From Eledone cirrhosa (taxonomy: Eukaryota): a stretch of DNA of 64,000 nucleotides. The notes below the pieces were generated by a model. That model was not told the origin of the DNA, searched no databases, and saw nothing but the letters and a program-made list of their open reading frames with translations. Shown here piece after piece: positions 1 to 12,060 of the stretch. The stretch is taken from assembly GCA_964016885.1 (NCBI GenBank), contig CAXHJY010000001.1, positions 372,001 to 436,000 of the forward strand, written 5' to 3'. The translations under genes were made by a program, and so were the position numbers. Every line of letters starts with the position of its first letter. Position 1 is the first letter of the stretch.

Positions 1-2360
1 CTGTAGACACACAGACATTGTAGACACAGACACTGTAGACACACAGACACTGTAGACACACAGTCACTGTAGACACACAGACATTGTAGACACACAGACA
101 TTGTAGACACACAGACATTGTAGACACACAGACACTGTAGACACACAGACACTGTAGACACAGACACTGTAGACACACAGACACTGTAGACACAGACACT
201 GTAGACACACAGACACTGTAGACACACAGACACTGTAGACACACAGACACTGTAGACACACAGACATTGTAGACACACAGACATTGTAGACACACAGACA
301 TTGTAGACACACAGACATTGTAGACACACAGACATTGTAGACACACAGACATTGTAGACACACAGACATTGTAGACACACAGACACTGTAAACACACAGA
401 CACTGTAGACACAGACACTGTAGACACACAGACATTGTAGACACAGGCACTGTAGACACACAGACACTGTAGACACAGTCATTTTAGACACAGAGACACT
501 GTAGACACAGACATTGTAGACACACAGACACTGTAGACACAGACACTGTAGACACAGACATTGTAGACACACAGACATTGTAGACACACATTGTAGACAC
601 ACAGACACTGTAGACACACAGTCACTGTAGACACACAGACACTGTAGACACACAGACACTGTAGACACAGACACTGTAGACACACAGACACTGTAGACAC
701 ACAGACATTGTAGACACACAGTCACTGTATACACAGACATTTTAGACACACAGACACTGTAGACACAGACATTGTAGACACACAGACACTGTAGACACAG
801 GCATTGTAGACACACAGACACTGTAGACACACAGACACTGTAGACACACAGACACTGTAGACACACACAGACATTGCAGACACACAGACATTGTAGACAC
901 ACAGACACTGTAGACACACAGACATTGTAGACACACAGACACTGTAGACACACAGTCACTGTAGACACAGACATTTTAGACACACAGACACTGTAGACAC
1001 AGACATTGTAGACACACAGACACTATAGACACAGACATTGTAGACACACAGACACTGTAGACACACAGAAACTGTAGACACAGACATTTTAGACACACAG
1101 ACACTGTAGACACACAGTCACTGTAGACACACAGACATTGTAGACACAGACACTGTAGACACACAGACACTGTAGACACACAGTCACTGTAGACACACAG
1201 ACATTGTAGACACACAGACATTGTAGACACACAGACATTGTAGACACACATACATTGTAGACACACAGACACTGTAGACACACAGACACTGTAGACACAG
1301 ACACTGTAGACACACAGACACTGTAGACACAGACACTGTAGACACACAGACACTGTAGACACACAGACACTGTAGACACACAGACACTGTAGACACACAG
1401 ACACTGTAGACACACAGACATTGTAGACACACAGACATTGTAGACACACAGACATTGTAGACACACAGACATTGTAGACACAGACACTGTAGACACACAG
1501 ACACTGTAGACACACAGACATTGTAGACACACAGACATTGTAGACACACAGACATTGTAGACACACAGACACTGTAAACACACAGACACTGTAGACACAG
1601 ACACTGTAGACACACAGACATTGTAGACACAGGCACTGTAGACACACAGACACTGTAGACACACAGTCACTGTAGACACAGTCATTTTAGACACAGAGAC
1701 ACTGTAGACACAGACATTGTAGACACACAGACACTGTAGACACAGACACTGTAGACACAGACACTGTAGACACAGACATTGTAGACACACAGACATTGTA
1801 GACACACATTGTAGACACACAGACACTGTAGACACACAGTCACTGTAGACACACAGACACTGTAGACACACAGACACTGTAGACACACAGACACTGTAGA
1901 CACACAGACACTGTAGACACACAGACACTGTAGACACACAGATACTGTAGACACACAGACACTGTAGACACAGACACTGTAGACACACAGACATTGTAGA
2001 CACACAGATACTGTAGACACAGACACTGTAGACACAGACACTGTAGACACACACTGTAGACACACAGACACTGTAGACACACAGACATTGTAGACACACA
2101 GACACTGTAGACACACAGATATTGTAGACACAGACATTGTAGACACAGACACTGTAGACACACACACTGTAGACACACAGACACTGTAGACACAGGCACT
2201 GTAGACACACAGACATTGTAGACACACAGATATTGTAGACACACTGTCACTGTAGACACACAGACACTGTAGACACACAGACACTGTAGACACACAGAGA
2301 TTGTAGCCACACAGGCTCTGTAGACATGCAGACATTGTAGCCACACAGGCTCTGTAGACA
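1..2360. repeat. Minisatellite/satellite array of 15- and 17-bp units CTGTAGACAC(AC)AGACA, upstream of the first visible FAS1 exon (probably intronic)
   Basis: Continuous tandem units with CACT/CATT variants that decay into a CA/TA-rich tract at about 2360-2630. Same family and orientation as 48209-64000. Confidence 0.97.
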
Positions 2361-2682
2361 CGCTCACTCACAGACACATATATACTTAGACACACATACA
2401 TACTCACACATTCACATATACATGGAGACACATAAACGTAGACACATAGACACACACACATAGACACACAACACACATAGACACATACGCACACACACAC
2501 ACACACAAATATACATATGCACACAGATACATATTCTTGTTGACACACATAAACACATGTACACATGCGCACATATACATATAGACACTCATATGCACAC
2601 ACACTCACACATTCGTACACATACACACGTGTTAAAACATTGCTAAGACTTTATTGTTGTTTTATAATTTCTGTCTCCACAG

Positions 2683-2833
2683 ATCGTTATGTTGATGGTG
2701 CCGGTGTCCAAGCTAAACTAATTACTGCAGACATTGGTTGTACTAACGGCCTCATTCAAAAGATTGATAAAGTATTTGGCATTCCTGATTTGGATATACC
2801 CAGTCTCATCTATAATCACCCTTGGCTTCAAAT
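2683..2833 (+). CDS. Fasciclin (FAS1)-domain protein, internal exon (end of one FAS1 repeat)
   Basis: Pyrimidine tract and acceptor ctgtctccacAG at 2681-82, donor GT at 2834. Encodes DRYVDGAGVQAKLITADIGCTNGLIQKIDKVFGIP, matching the FAS1 H2 motif DIxxTNGxI(H/Q)xIDxV. Ends in phase 2 (AT), compatible with the next exon. Confidence 0.88.
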
Positions 2834-2989
2834 GTAAAATTTTTTTTTTTTTTTCATTTATTTTTGACTAATTCGTTAAAATTAGTCATTTATTTTTACA
2901 TTTATTTTTACATTTCTTAGTGTCAAAATTTTCATTGCATATTTTATGACCGTGTCACTGACACAGTCACTGATAGTGAGGCTCTATCA

Positions 2990-3330
2990 ATGACATGGTC
3001 ACCTGCCAGACATATACACACCAACACAGTCTCGGATCAACTCACCTGCCAGACATGTACAACACACTCAGATCAAGTCACTTGTCAGACATGTACAACA
3101 CAGTCTCAGATCAAGTCATATGTCAGACATGTACAACATAGTCTCAGATCAATCATCTGGTATACATGTACAACACAGTCTCAGAATCAAGTCATCTGCC
3201 AGACATGTACAACACAGTCTCAGATCAAGTCAACTGCCAGACATGTACAACAGTCTCAGATCAAGTCATCTGCCAGACATGTACAACACAGTCTCAGATC
3301 AAGACATCTGCTAGACAAGTACAACTCTGA
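2990..3330. repeat. Intronic ~38-bp minisatellite (CAGACATGTACAACACAGTCTCAGATCAAGTCATCTGC), about 8 diverged copies
   Basis: Tandem units read directly from the sequence. Confidence 0.9.
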
Positions 3331-3988
3331 AATATTAATCAATCTAATGTTTTCTTTTACTTGTTTTGTCATATCTCCCTCATTTTCTTATTGTTGTAGT
3401 TGTTGACATCATTTTTTGTCTCTAATATTTTTGACATCTGATGATTTTTAGCTTTAAAAGCAATGCATAATAAAGACAATATTGTCTTCAGTCATGTGTC
3501 TCTTCAGACCATTTACAGGTTTACCACAACATTTATATAGATGTCGCTTCTCAGTTAAATGCAATTGAGAATCAAGATAAATGTATGCTACATGAGCCAA
3601 CATATGGTCCTTGAATGAGCTGTTATTAACTTACCTTAGTTCATGTAGCCATGAGTGGTTAACAAGACCAGCTTTAGAACAAAGAGTATTCTCGTGTGAA
3701 ATAAGGAAAATATATCATTTTTATATCCTCACAAATTGTAATATGTTTATAGTATCTAGTAGTGTTATTTTCAGCATATTATATATATTTGTCATGGGAC
3801 TTTACTTATGTATCTGTATTGTTTTTTAAATCATTCCCTATTACTAGGGGAATTGTTTGTTTTCAACATCCATATTCAGCTTATTTCTGTCTCCAAATCT
3901 TTATATTTGATTAATTTCTCAGTTTCTTTGAGAGTTATATTGTTGTTTGTGCAGGACAGGTATTAGTATTACTATTACTACTACCACA

Positions 3989-4180
3989 GGGCAGTGGATT
4001 GGCAGAATCGGTAGAGTGTCGGATAACATGCTTAGCGGCATAGTTACAGCCCTTTACGTTCTGAGCTCAAATCCCACCGAGATTAGCTTTGCCTTTCATC
4101 CTTATGGTGTAAATTTAATGAACTTTCCCATTCCCCCAAATTGTTGGCCTTGTGCTTAAATCAGAAACCATTATTATTAT
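3989..4180 (+). mobile_element. tRNA-derived SINE with (ATT)n tail
   Basis: A-box-like TTGGCAGAATCGGTAGA, B-box-like GAGCTCAAATCCC, body CTTTGCCTTTCATCCTT and tail GAAACCATTATTATT. Related copies on the - strand at about 14950-15198 and 16930-17098. Confidence 0.75.
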
Positions 4181-4187
4181 TTGTTAG

Positions 4188-4413
4188 GCAACCATTTTCT
4201 GCTTTACGTGTAACTGGACTACAACATGAACTGACTGATGATAAAACTTCAAACAGCCACAATAGCCAGGCTTATCTGCCCAAAGATTATGCACAGTGTG
4301 GCTTCCAGAAATGTGATTACACCATATTGATTCCTAATGGAACTGCTATAGAGATAATGATGAGACATAATATCGGCAAGGAGATTTGGAGCAATGTCAA
4401 TGTACTTACACAT
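4188..4413 (+). CDS. FAS1-domain protein, internal exon
   Basis: Acceptor ttgttAG at 4186-87 and donor GTAAGT at 4414. AT+G forms Met across the junction. Encodes QPFSALRVTGLQHEL...CDYTILIPNGTAI (FAS1 H1-like motif YTxxxPxxxA). Ends in phase 0. Confidence 0.85.
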
Positions 4414-4534
4414 GTAAGTATAGCTTAATGTATATATGTTCTGGGAGCTTCTCTCTTGACAATGAATGGTTTCTCTCTACATAGGAAAGAGAGGTTGTAT
4501 GTTACCTACATATGAAATCTGATGTTGTATAACC

Positions 4535-4810
4535 ACGGCTTAGTGCTTAGAGTGTTGGGCTTGCAATTGAGAGATTGTGAGTTCAATTCTCAGACTGAGT
4601 TTATTTCACATTGCTCCAGTTTACTCAGCTGTAAATGAGTTGCGACGTCACTGGTGCCAAGCTGTCTCAACCATTGCCTTTGCCTTGGACATCATCGGTG
4701 GCATGGAGAAGGGAGGCTGGTATGCATGGGCGACTGCTGGTCTTCCACAAACAAACCTTGCCCAGGCTTATTCCTTGGAGGGAAACTTTCTAGGTACAAA
4801 ACCATGATCA
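4535..4810 (+). mobile_element. tRNA-derived SINE with partial CORE-like segment
   Basis: Head GGCTTAGTGCTTAGAG...GAGTTCAATTC followed by TTTCACATTGCTCCAGTTTACTCAGCTGTAAATGAG, which is shared with the 6361-6690 family. Confidence 0.7.
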
Positions 4811-4869
4811 TTAGAGACTGATGGGGGCCTTTATAACCATGGAGAATTGTCAGTGAATGATGGCTGTAT

Positions 4870-5300
4870 AATGTTGTATGGTCGGTAGGCTGTATTCTGG
4901 CTAAATACAAAGTATGGTGCTGCATGTAATGAGACATGGGCAGTAAATAGAGAAGATATGCAATGTCTGAAGAGAAATGAGTCAAACATGTTCTAATGGA
5001 TGTGTGATGTTAATGTGCATGGAAGGCAAAGCTCAGATGAGCTGAAATAATAATTAGATATGAGGATTCAGATGTAGTGTTCTCTGCTGGTATGGACATG
5101 TGATGCATATGGATGATGATTGTTGGGTGAAGAAGTGCCAAGAGATCTCGATGGAAAGAAGTAGAGGAAGACTTGGGCAGATGAGATGGAGTTGAACCTC
5201 ACAGAGATCACTAAGGAACTGTGGAGGGAAACTCTGCTAGATAAGATCCATTCAATCCCTGCAAACATTTAAAAAAATGAACATATAATGACGATAAATG
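4870..5300 (+). mobile_element. Highly degraded RTE LINE 3' fragment
   Basis: Residual similarity to the C-terminal coding region of 23933-27052 (tggtatggacatgtgatgcatatggatgatga; gaagacttgg). Confidence 0.6.
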
Positions 5301-5689
5301 TAAGAATTTATTCTCATGAAATTTTATGTATCTTAACCAGGGCACATTTTTTCATATTGTTTTTCATTAAAACAGCTGAGAAATCGCCTCTGAGATAGAA
5401 CCATGTAGGGGATCAGCTAAACTAACACATGTGAGCTGTAACAACTTGACTGGGGCCTCTATCATTAAAAGTCTCTTATGAGATAGAACTTTAACAGCTC
5501 ATCATTTTGTGCTTCTGGGGTTCCCCTAAACCAGCTCCCCCACTAGACCCTGGTTTGGTAGGGGAACTGTTTTAGTCACCACCTACTCTACCATGAAGCA
5601 GGTTGTACTGAGTTATAAGGTACCAGTAGCAAGCAGAAACCTGACCTGACCTAGCTACACATGACCTAGCAACTGTGCTGTTTTCTGAC

Positions 5690-5985
5690 TTTGTTAGCAT
5701 GTCCACGTGTGTTAGACACATGGAATTCAAAAAGGTGCTCGGGGTTGTTGTTGGTAAGATGGTTAATAATTTTGTGGATGTTTACCAAGTCAGTTGCCAG
5801 ATGTCGGAGCTTCAATGTATCCATGCCAGGGGTTCAGAGTATTGTAGATGACTGATGGAGGGTATTCGCTTGGTTGCATGTTTTTGAACAGTCTCCAGGA
5901 GGTCAATATTCTGAGCAAGACAGGAGTGTCAGACTGGTGATGCAAATTCTAAGTGTAGCTGCACCATAGCTCTACGTAACACACC
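5690..5985 (-). mobile_element. CR1-clade LINE ORF2 C-terminal fragment (decayed)
   Basis: Minus-strand translation RAMVQLHLEFASPV*..NIDLLETVQKHATKRIP..TLKLRHLATDLVNIHKII resembles the CR1 consensus LVRPHLEYA..LE.VQRRATK..LE.RR...DLI..YKI. Confidence 0.6.
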
Positions 5986-6033
5986 AGCACAACACATATG
6001 TAATATTTGTCGTAGAGTTTATGGGTCTCATAA

Positions 6034-6075
6034 AGTGACAGGCATGTACATCCAATGATGTACATGCCTGTCACT
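6034..6075. repeat. Perfect 19-bp inverted repeat with 4-nt loop
   Basis: AGTGACAGGCATGTACATC-CAAT-GATGTACATGCCTGTCACT. Confidence 0.9.
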
Positions 6076-6360
6076 GACTTCCATGAGCAAGATTACAAAG
6101 AAATATATATTTCTTTGTACACATGCATGCGTATGTGAGTGTCTATGTGTGTCTGTGAGTCTATATGTAGTTTGTCTACAACTATAAAATCTCTATATTA
6201 TAATCTCTCTCTCTGTCTATCATATATATACTGTATATATATAGTAATAATAATAAATGTGAAGACTAAAATCCAAAGAGGGCTCGATAAGGATAAATAT
6301 ATATCAAATATATAAGAACCCTAGCGCAAATATTTATTTATCTATACATATATATATATT

Positions 6361-6690
6361 TCCATTTCATGTCCGCTTTTTCCCTGCTTGCAAGGGTGGG
6401 ATGGGAACTGATTCTGGCTTGATTTCTACAGCTGGATGCCCTTCCTAACACCAACCCCATTTACCATTGAGTGCTGGGTGCTTTTTTGCCGTGGCACCTC
6501 CACGACCACTTTGCAGTGGAATGATATGGACCCCAGTCCCTATCATCTCATTTCTACAACTGAGTAAACTGGAGCAATGTGAAATAAATTGTCTTGCTCA
6601 AGGAAACAACACATCACCCAGTCTGAGAATTGAACTCACAACCTTTCGATTGCAAGGCCAATGCTCTAACCACTAAGCCATGTGCCTCCA
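6361..6690 (-). mobile_element. Full-length tRNA-head, CORE-like SINE with a 3' tail derived from the RTE LINE
   Basis: Minus strand reads TGGAGGCACATGGCTTAGTGGTTAGAG (A box)...GAGTTCAATTC (B box), then CORE-like CCTTGAGCAAGACA..CAGTTTACTCAGTTGTAGAAATGAG. The 3' half matches the RTE 3'UTR at 27090-27348. Confidence 0.82.
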
Positions 6691-6709
6691 TATTTATATA
6701 TATAAGTAG

Positions 6710-7432
6710 TTCGACAACAGTTAATTCACCATTTCCGAAAACAATTTGTTTCACCTAAGTTGGATCATTAGCTCAGTTCAAATGAGATTATATGGAAAGG
6801 GAGACAATTATACAAATACACATGTGCAGAAGTTCTTCTCAAAGGGAAGGCAACTCACATTAGAGGCAACAGCGAAAGCTCAGAATACAATAAGTTATTT
6901 ATGGTATTCGGTCTAGAAGTTACATCCAGTAGTCAGTTTGGAGCTTTTAAATTCTTGAATTTAGACAAGCACTATTACGTAACTACTCAGGATATTGATT
7001 CTTTCTTCAATGCACAGCCCACAAGACGAATCCCATTTCCGTATAGACTCAGTAATAACTTTCCATTGAATGGAGTAATCCACGCCTGCGTCTTGAGAGA
7101 CCACATGTGACTTGTGAGCTTCGTGGACGATCGTTTGTCCAGGTGTCTGAATGTCGACAGTTGATTCAGGAAGCATTCTTTAAACTGGCCCTCCGCCATA
7201 CCTACATAGGATTTAACCTCTTGTTATTGATTTGGTCGGTTAGAAGTGACTAAGGCTTCGTAAATTACAGTGTGAGTTGCTTCCCCTTTGAAAAGAACTT
7301 CTTCTGTGTATGTGTACTTGTATAATTGTTTATAATTGTAAACCCATGCTCGCGTGGAAGATAGACGTTAAACGACAATGATGATAATGATGTTTCCCTT
7401 TTCATATAATCTCATTTAAACCGAGCTGATGG
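6710..7432 (-). mobile_element. Penelope-like element 3' fragment (GIY-YIG endonuclease end) with an inverted copy of its 3' region
   Basis: Minus strand gives VIYEALVTS..SYVGMAEGQFKE..KLTSHMWSLK and YSIQWKVI..CGLCIEER (frameshifted). 6768-6860 is repeated inverted at about 7270-7430. Confidence 0.78.
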
Positions 7433-7496
7433 ACTGAGTGTTCTACTACTACGGATATAACTAGTGTTATACTATTATATATATAAATATATATAT

Positions 7497-7554
7497 ATGT
7501 AAGTATGTGTGTATACGTACATACATATATGTATACAGACGTACAGTAGCATGC

Positions 7555-7585
<31 letters not shown>

Positions 7586-7832
7586 TACAGGTACACATAC
7601 ATATATGCACGTATCAGTTTAGCGGACGCTTATTATAACGCCGCTTTGTTCATTTGTAAACAAACTGAACAGCCTGAATTTTATGCCGTATGGTGTTAAG
7701 GCAGTGTTGAACAAAAAGGTGACGTGGTTGCCTTAACACCATACGGCATAAAATTCAGGCTGTTCAGTTTGTTTACAAATGAACAAAGTGGCGTTATAAT
7801 AAGCGTCCGCTAAACTGATACGTGCATGTATA

Positions 7833-7867
<35 letters not shown>

Positions 7868-7925
7868 GCATGCTACTGTACGTCTGTATACATATATGTA
7901 TGTACGTATACACACATACTTACAT
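7497..7925. repeat. Near-perfect ~200-bp-arm inverted repeat (MITE/foldback-like) with 25-nt loop
   Basis: Arm 7497-7703 is the reverse complement of 7729-7925 apart from the microsatellite portion and about one substitution. Confidence 0.9.
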
Positions 7926-7984
7926 TTAAGTAAGTGCCGTACTAAGAGTGAGAAATGAAATTTCGTTTTCATTTTATTTCAACT

Positions 7985-8050
<66 letters not shown>

Positions 8051-8760
8051 TATTTATTAAAATAACAGATTAAAGTTTAAGCAAAGAATCGCTGCTTTCA
8101 CCCCTAACAGGATCTTCTGAAACTAAAAAATCAATCTGTGAACGCAGAAGTAAATATTTCGAAAAACGTTGCAACTGAAAGAAGACAGGAAGACGATACT
8201 TTGGTTCATGGAAACGTTCCCTGGCAAAGAACAGAAAAAACGAAGATAATACGTCATTATTTGGAGTGGTGAGAAAAATTACATGCACAGACAAAACCAT
8301 GTTTATGGTATAAATGAAGTCGTAGACTAATATTCTATTAGGTGGTTCGTGGAGACGTTCTCTGGCAATGAACGGAAAAAACGAAGATAATACGTCATTA
8401 TGAGGAGCACTGAGAACAATTGCACGCAAAGAAAAAACCACGTAAATGGTATAACTGAAGTCGTAGACTAAAATTTTATTTAGGAAACCGAATGATTCTC
8501 GGTTTCAGAGTTAAGAATAATGTAAATAAATTAGAGGTAATTGAAATCAACAAAAATTAAATATATACATGCACGCATACAAATACGTACATACACATGC
8601 ATATGCAAAAACACCCGCCATGGGTATGCAAATACAAGCAGGTACACAAAAAAAAACAAAACCCATGCACATACAGAACCCACACAACACCTGTACCCGC
8701 ACACATATGAACGTATACACCAAATACACATAAAAATATATATAAAATATATATATATAT
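8051..8760. repeat. Main part of the left arm of a long inverted repeat; contains two ~141-bp direct subrepeats
   Basis: Reverse complement of about 10950-11676: track ORF 8070..8441(-) equals ORF 11280..11516(+). Subrepeats at about 8203-8343 and 8344-8484. Confidence 0.88.
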
Positions 8761-9179
8761 ATGTGTGTGTGTGCGTGTATACGTATAATTATATAAACGT
8801 ATATAAATATACACACGTAAATACGTATATAACGCGTGCACACACATACCTACATGTAAATACACATGTTCGTTAAATGTACGTCAACCAAAACACAAAG
8901 TACACATATACACACCCTACATACGTACGAACCCGCATATTCACACAGCCGCAAAACTCACGTATACACATAACCATATGCACATGTACCAGTATATATA
9001 ATATAATATATACGCCTATAACATACATAAGCAAATATACGTACGAGAAATTATACGTACCTTCACAAAACATACAGGCAATATACACTTACCTATAAAA
9101 ATAACTAATGGTATAAACATAACATATACTTAGCTACCACATCAAGACGTAAAATATCCGCGCATAGTTCGTACTATCC

Positions 9180-10920
9180 GTTAGGGGCTGTAATACAAGA
9201 AAGTTTTGTGCAATTTATGTTTACAAGCCGAAATTGCCTCAGATTTTTTGTTTAAGATGTGGTCATTGGCATAGAGTATTTCCAGGGCTTCAGCTGCGCA
9301 GAGGTCACATGGTCTTTTATTTCCGTTATACGATCTAGCTTTAGCTAGGATCTCCCAGTGTAACTTATATTGGGTGTGGTTGTCTTTTAGACATAAGCTG
9401 AAAGTGACGGCATATTCCTTCTTAAAGGGTTAAGAAAAGAATGGGTATGCATGTAAAGACGCTGCTTGAATCTATTGGCGGTTAACCCTATGTAGGCCCT
9501 ACGGGACGTGGGTGTTTCAACCTTACATTTGTAGACAATGTTACCAGAGAGGCATTTCCCGGATAGGGGGCAGTCAACCTGATTCCTACAATTACAGTTA
9601 GTACTAGCTACAGGGTTGCACGTGTTCCTACGGCTAGGTAATTTAGCTAAATTTGAAGCTGTGATGTTATGTGCAAGGTTAGGAGTTGTAGAGTAAGAAA
9701 TTTTAATGGTATTTCTATTAAAAATTTTACTATATTTATGTGGTAGGGGTAAATGCTTCATAATAAGGGAGAGAAAGATCTTAGCTAATGGTGTGGCCAC
9801 CTCCATATTATATGGTGGGTTATACCATATAATGGGATCTATTTTTCGTAGGTCTATTCTCATACTCTGTATATGCTACCTTATCGACAAATCCACTCCG
9901 AGCAAGAGCTTCATTGTAATATGTGCAATGGTCATTGAAAATATGCTCGTTAGTAGATAGACGGGAAAGCCTCAAAGAAACGTTTCTTACCAGGTTCTTG
10001 GTTATGTTGGCAGGATGGTTAGAATGTTTACTTATGTAATTATGCATATCATTCGGCTTTCTATACGGGTAGTGCAAGCCATTCGACAAATTGAGGGTAA
10101 CGTCAAGGTAATTAACGACCGAGAGTTAGGCCTCAACCTGTATGGAGAGGTTGAAGCCCTTAAAGAAGGCTGTGAGTTCTTTTCTGAACCTGTCGCAAGC
10201 GCGTGGGCCGCACTTTGTTATGGCCAAAAGACCGTCATCACGCTACAAACCACCGCCCATGTTGGGGGATTCTTCCTTGATAGAGAAAAGACGGAAAAGG
10301 CCGATAAGATCAGTAACCTCCGCAGAATCGCTGGCGCCCATACTCACGTCCAAATAGGGTCGTCGAAATTAATCACCGACTTACGGGCATTGAGGATGAC
10401 ATCAACTTCGAAATCCTTAACCACTGTGAGCAAAATTGATAGCTCTAAGAAGAAGTGGTAAAGTGATGGAGGAGTAGTAATTATTGATGTCGAATTGCAT
10501 AAAACGGTAATGTTCCTTGTTGCATATATTGTTGAACCAATCACTGCGAAAGAATTGTTCCACAGTGCAAGAGGGGCCAAGCTTCTAATTTCAGGTATAA
10601 TTCTATCTAAAATCCCTTTACTAAGTCTACCTAAATCGGACTTTGTAGGGTTAATAAGCCGAATAGAGGGCTTGTTCTGGAAATTAGATTTGTGATCCTT
10701 CAGGGTCAAGTGGGGAGAAATAGGGTCCAGAGGTTCAGTCCGGTCCAAGATGTTGAGATCAGAGGTGATTTTAAACCCAGCATCGTTGATGTCATTAATG
10801 ACGCTCCGATTAGTTTTACGGTAATCCTTAGTTACAGCATTATGTAACAGTTGATGGTAAGTACTGTGCTCCACTTGATATAGATTGCCAGTTTTGTCGG
10901 AGTGGACGTGCACGGCATTA
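9180..10920 (-). mobile_element. Penelope-like retroelement (RT + GIY-YIG), 5'-truncated, with stops and frameshifts
   Basis: SDKTGNLY, TLKDHKSNFQNKPSIRLINPTKSDLG, GL*RDDG (YRDD motif disrupted), PYRKPNDMHNYISKHSNHP, IIWYNPPY, KIFNRNTIKISYS, CNCRNQVDCPLSGKC, IVYKC..AYIGLT and CDLC. Confidence 0.92.
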
Positions 10921-10949
10921 GAATCCTTAATAGAATGAATTTATATTAT

Positions 10950-11765
10950 TTATATCTATACACACACACACACGCATATAAAAATATATATGTGTATTTG
11001 GTGTTTACGTTCGTATGTGTGTGGGTACAGGCGTTGCGTGGGTTCTGTATGTGCGTGCGTGTTTTTTTTTTGTATATGTGCTTGTATTTGCATATTCATA
11101 GCGGGTGTTTTCGCGTATGCATGTCTGTGTACGTATTTGGATGCGTGCATGTATATATTTAATTTTTGTTGATTTCAATTACCTCTGTAATTTATTTACA
11201 TTATTCTTAACTCTGAAGCCGAGAATCATTCGGTTTCCTAAATAGAATTTTAGTCTATGACTTCAGTTATACCATTTACGTGGTTTTTTCTTTGCGTGCA
11301 ATTGTTCTCACTGCTCCACATAATGACGTATTATCTTCATTTTTTCCGTTCATTGCCAGAGAACGTCTCCACGAACCACCTAATAGAATATTAGTCTACG
11401 ACTTCATTTATACCATAAACATGGTTTTGTCTTTGCGTGTAATTTTTCTCACCGCTCCAAATAATGACGTATTATCTTCGTTTTTTTCTGTTCTTTGCCA
11501 GGGAACGATTCCATGAACCAAAGTATCGTCTTCCTGTCTTCTTTCGGTTGCAACGTTTTTTGGAAATATTTACTTCTGCGTTCACAGATTGATTTTTTTT
11601 TTAGTTTCAGAAGATCCCGTTAAGGGTGAAAGCAGCGATTCTTTGCTTAAACTTTAATTTGTTATTTTAATAAATATTTGCTCTATGGTTCTTATATATT
11701 TGATATATATTTATCCTTATTGAGCCCTCTTTGGATTTTAGTCTTCAAATTTATTATTATTACTA
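10950..11765. repeat. Right arm of the long inverted repeat
   Basis: 10950-11676 pairs with 8051-8760 and 11676-11765 pairs with 6240-6339. Confidence 0.88.
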
Positions 11766-12060
11766 TATATATATATATATAGGAAAAGAGTCAGGACCCC
11801 GATGGCTAAGCACCAGCTATATATATATATATAGTGACAATAACTGAAGTCAGATTTGCAGCGTGTGTAGAAGATTTATTTACATATTCCAATTGTTTCA
11901 ATATCAATAAGCTGAGGTGTGATGAAGGTTATTGAAGCCTGACTCTTCTTTGGCATCCTCTCTGATAGGTGAGGTTACATGTGTGATCTAGACTCGAGCA
12001 GTGTGCTGCAAGTAACAGCAAATTACTCACTTAAATAACTTATATATATATATATATATA

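Noticed and set aside
11910-11965. GTGATGA-AGGTT..AGCCT hairpin resembling a hammerhead half
   Set aside because: It lacks the initial C and the GAAA/stem III, so it is too decayed to support.
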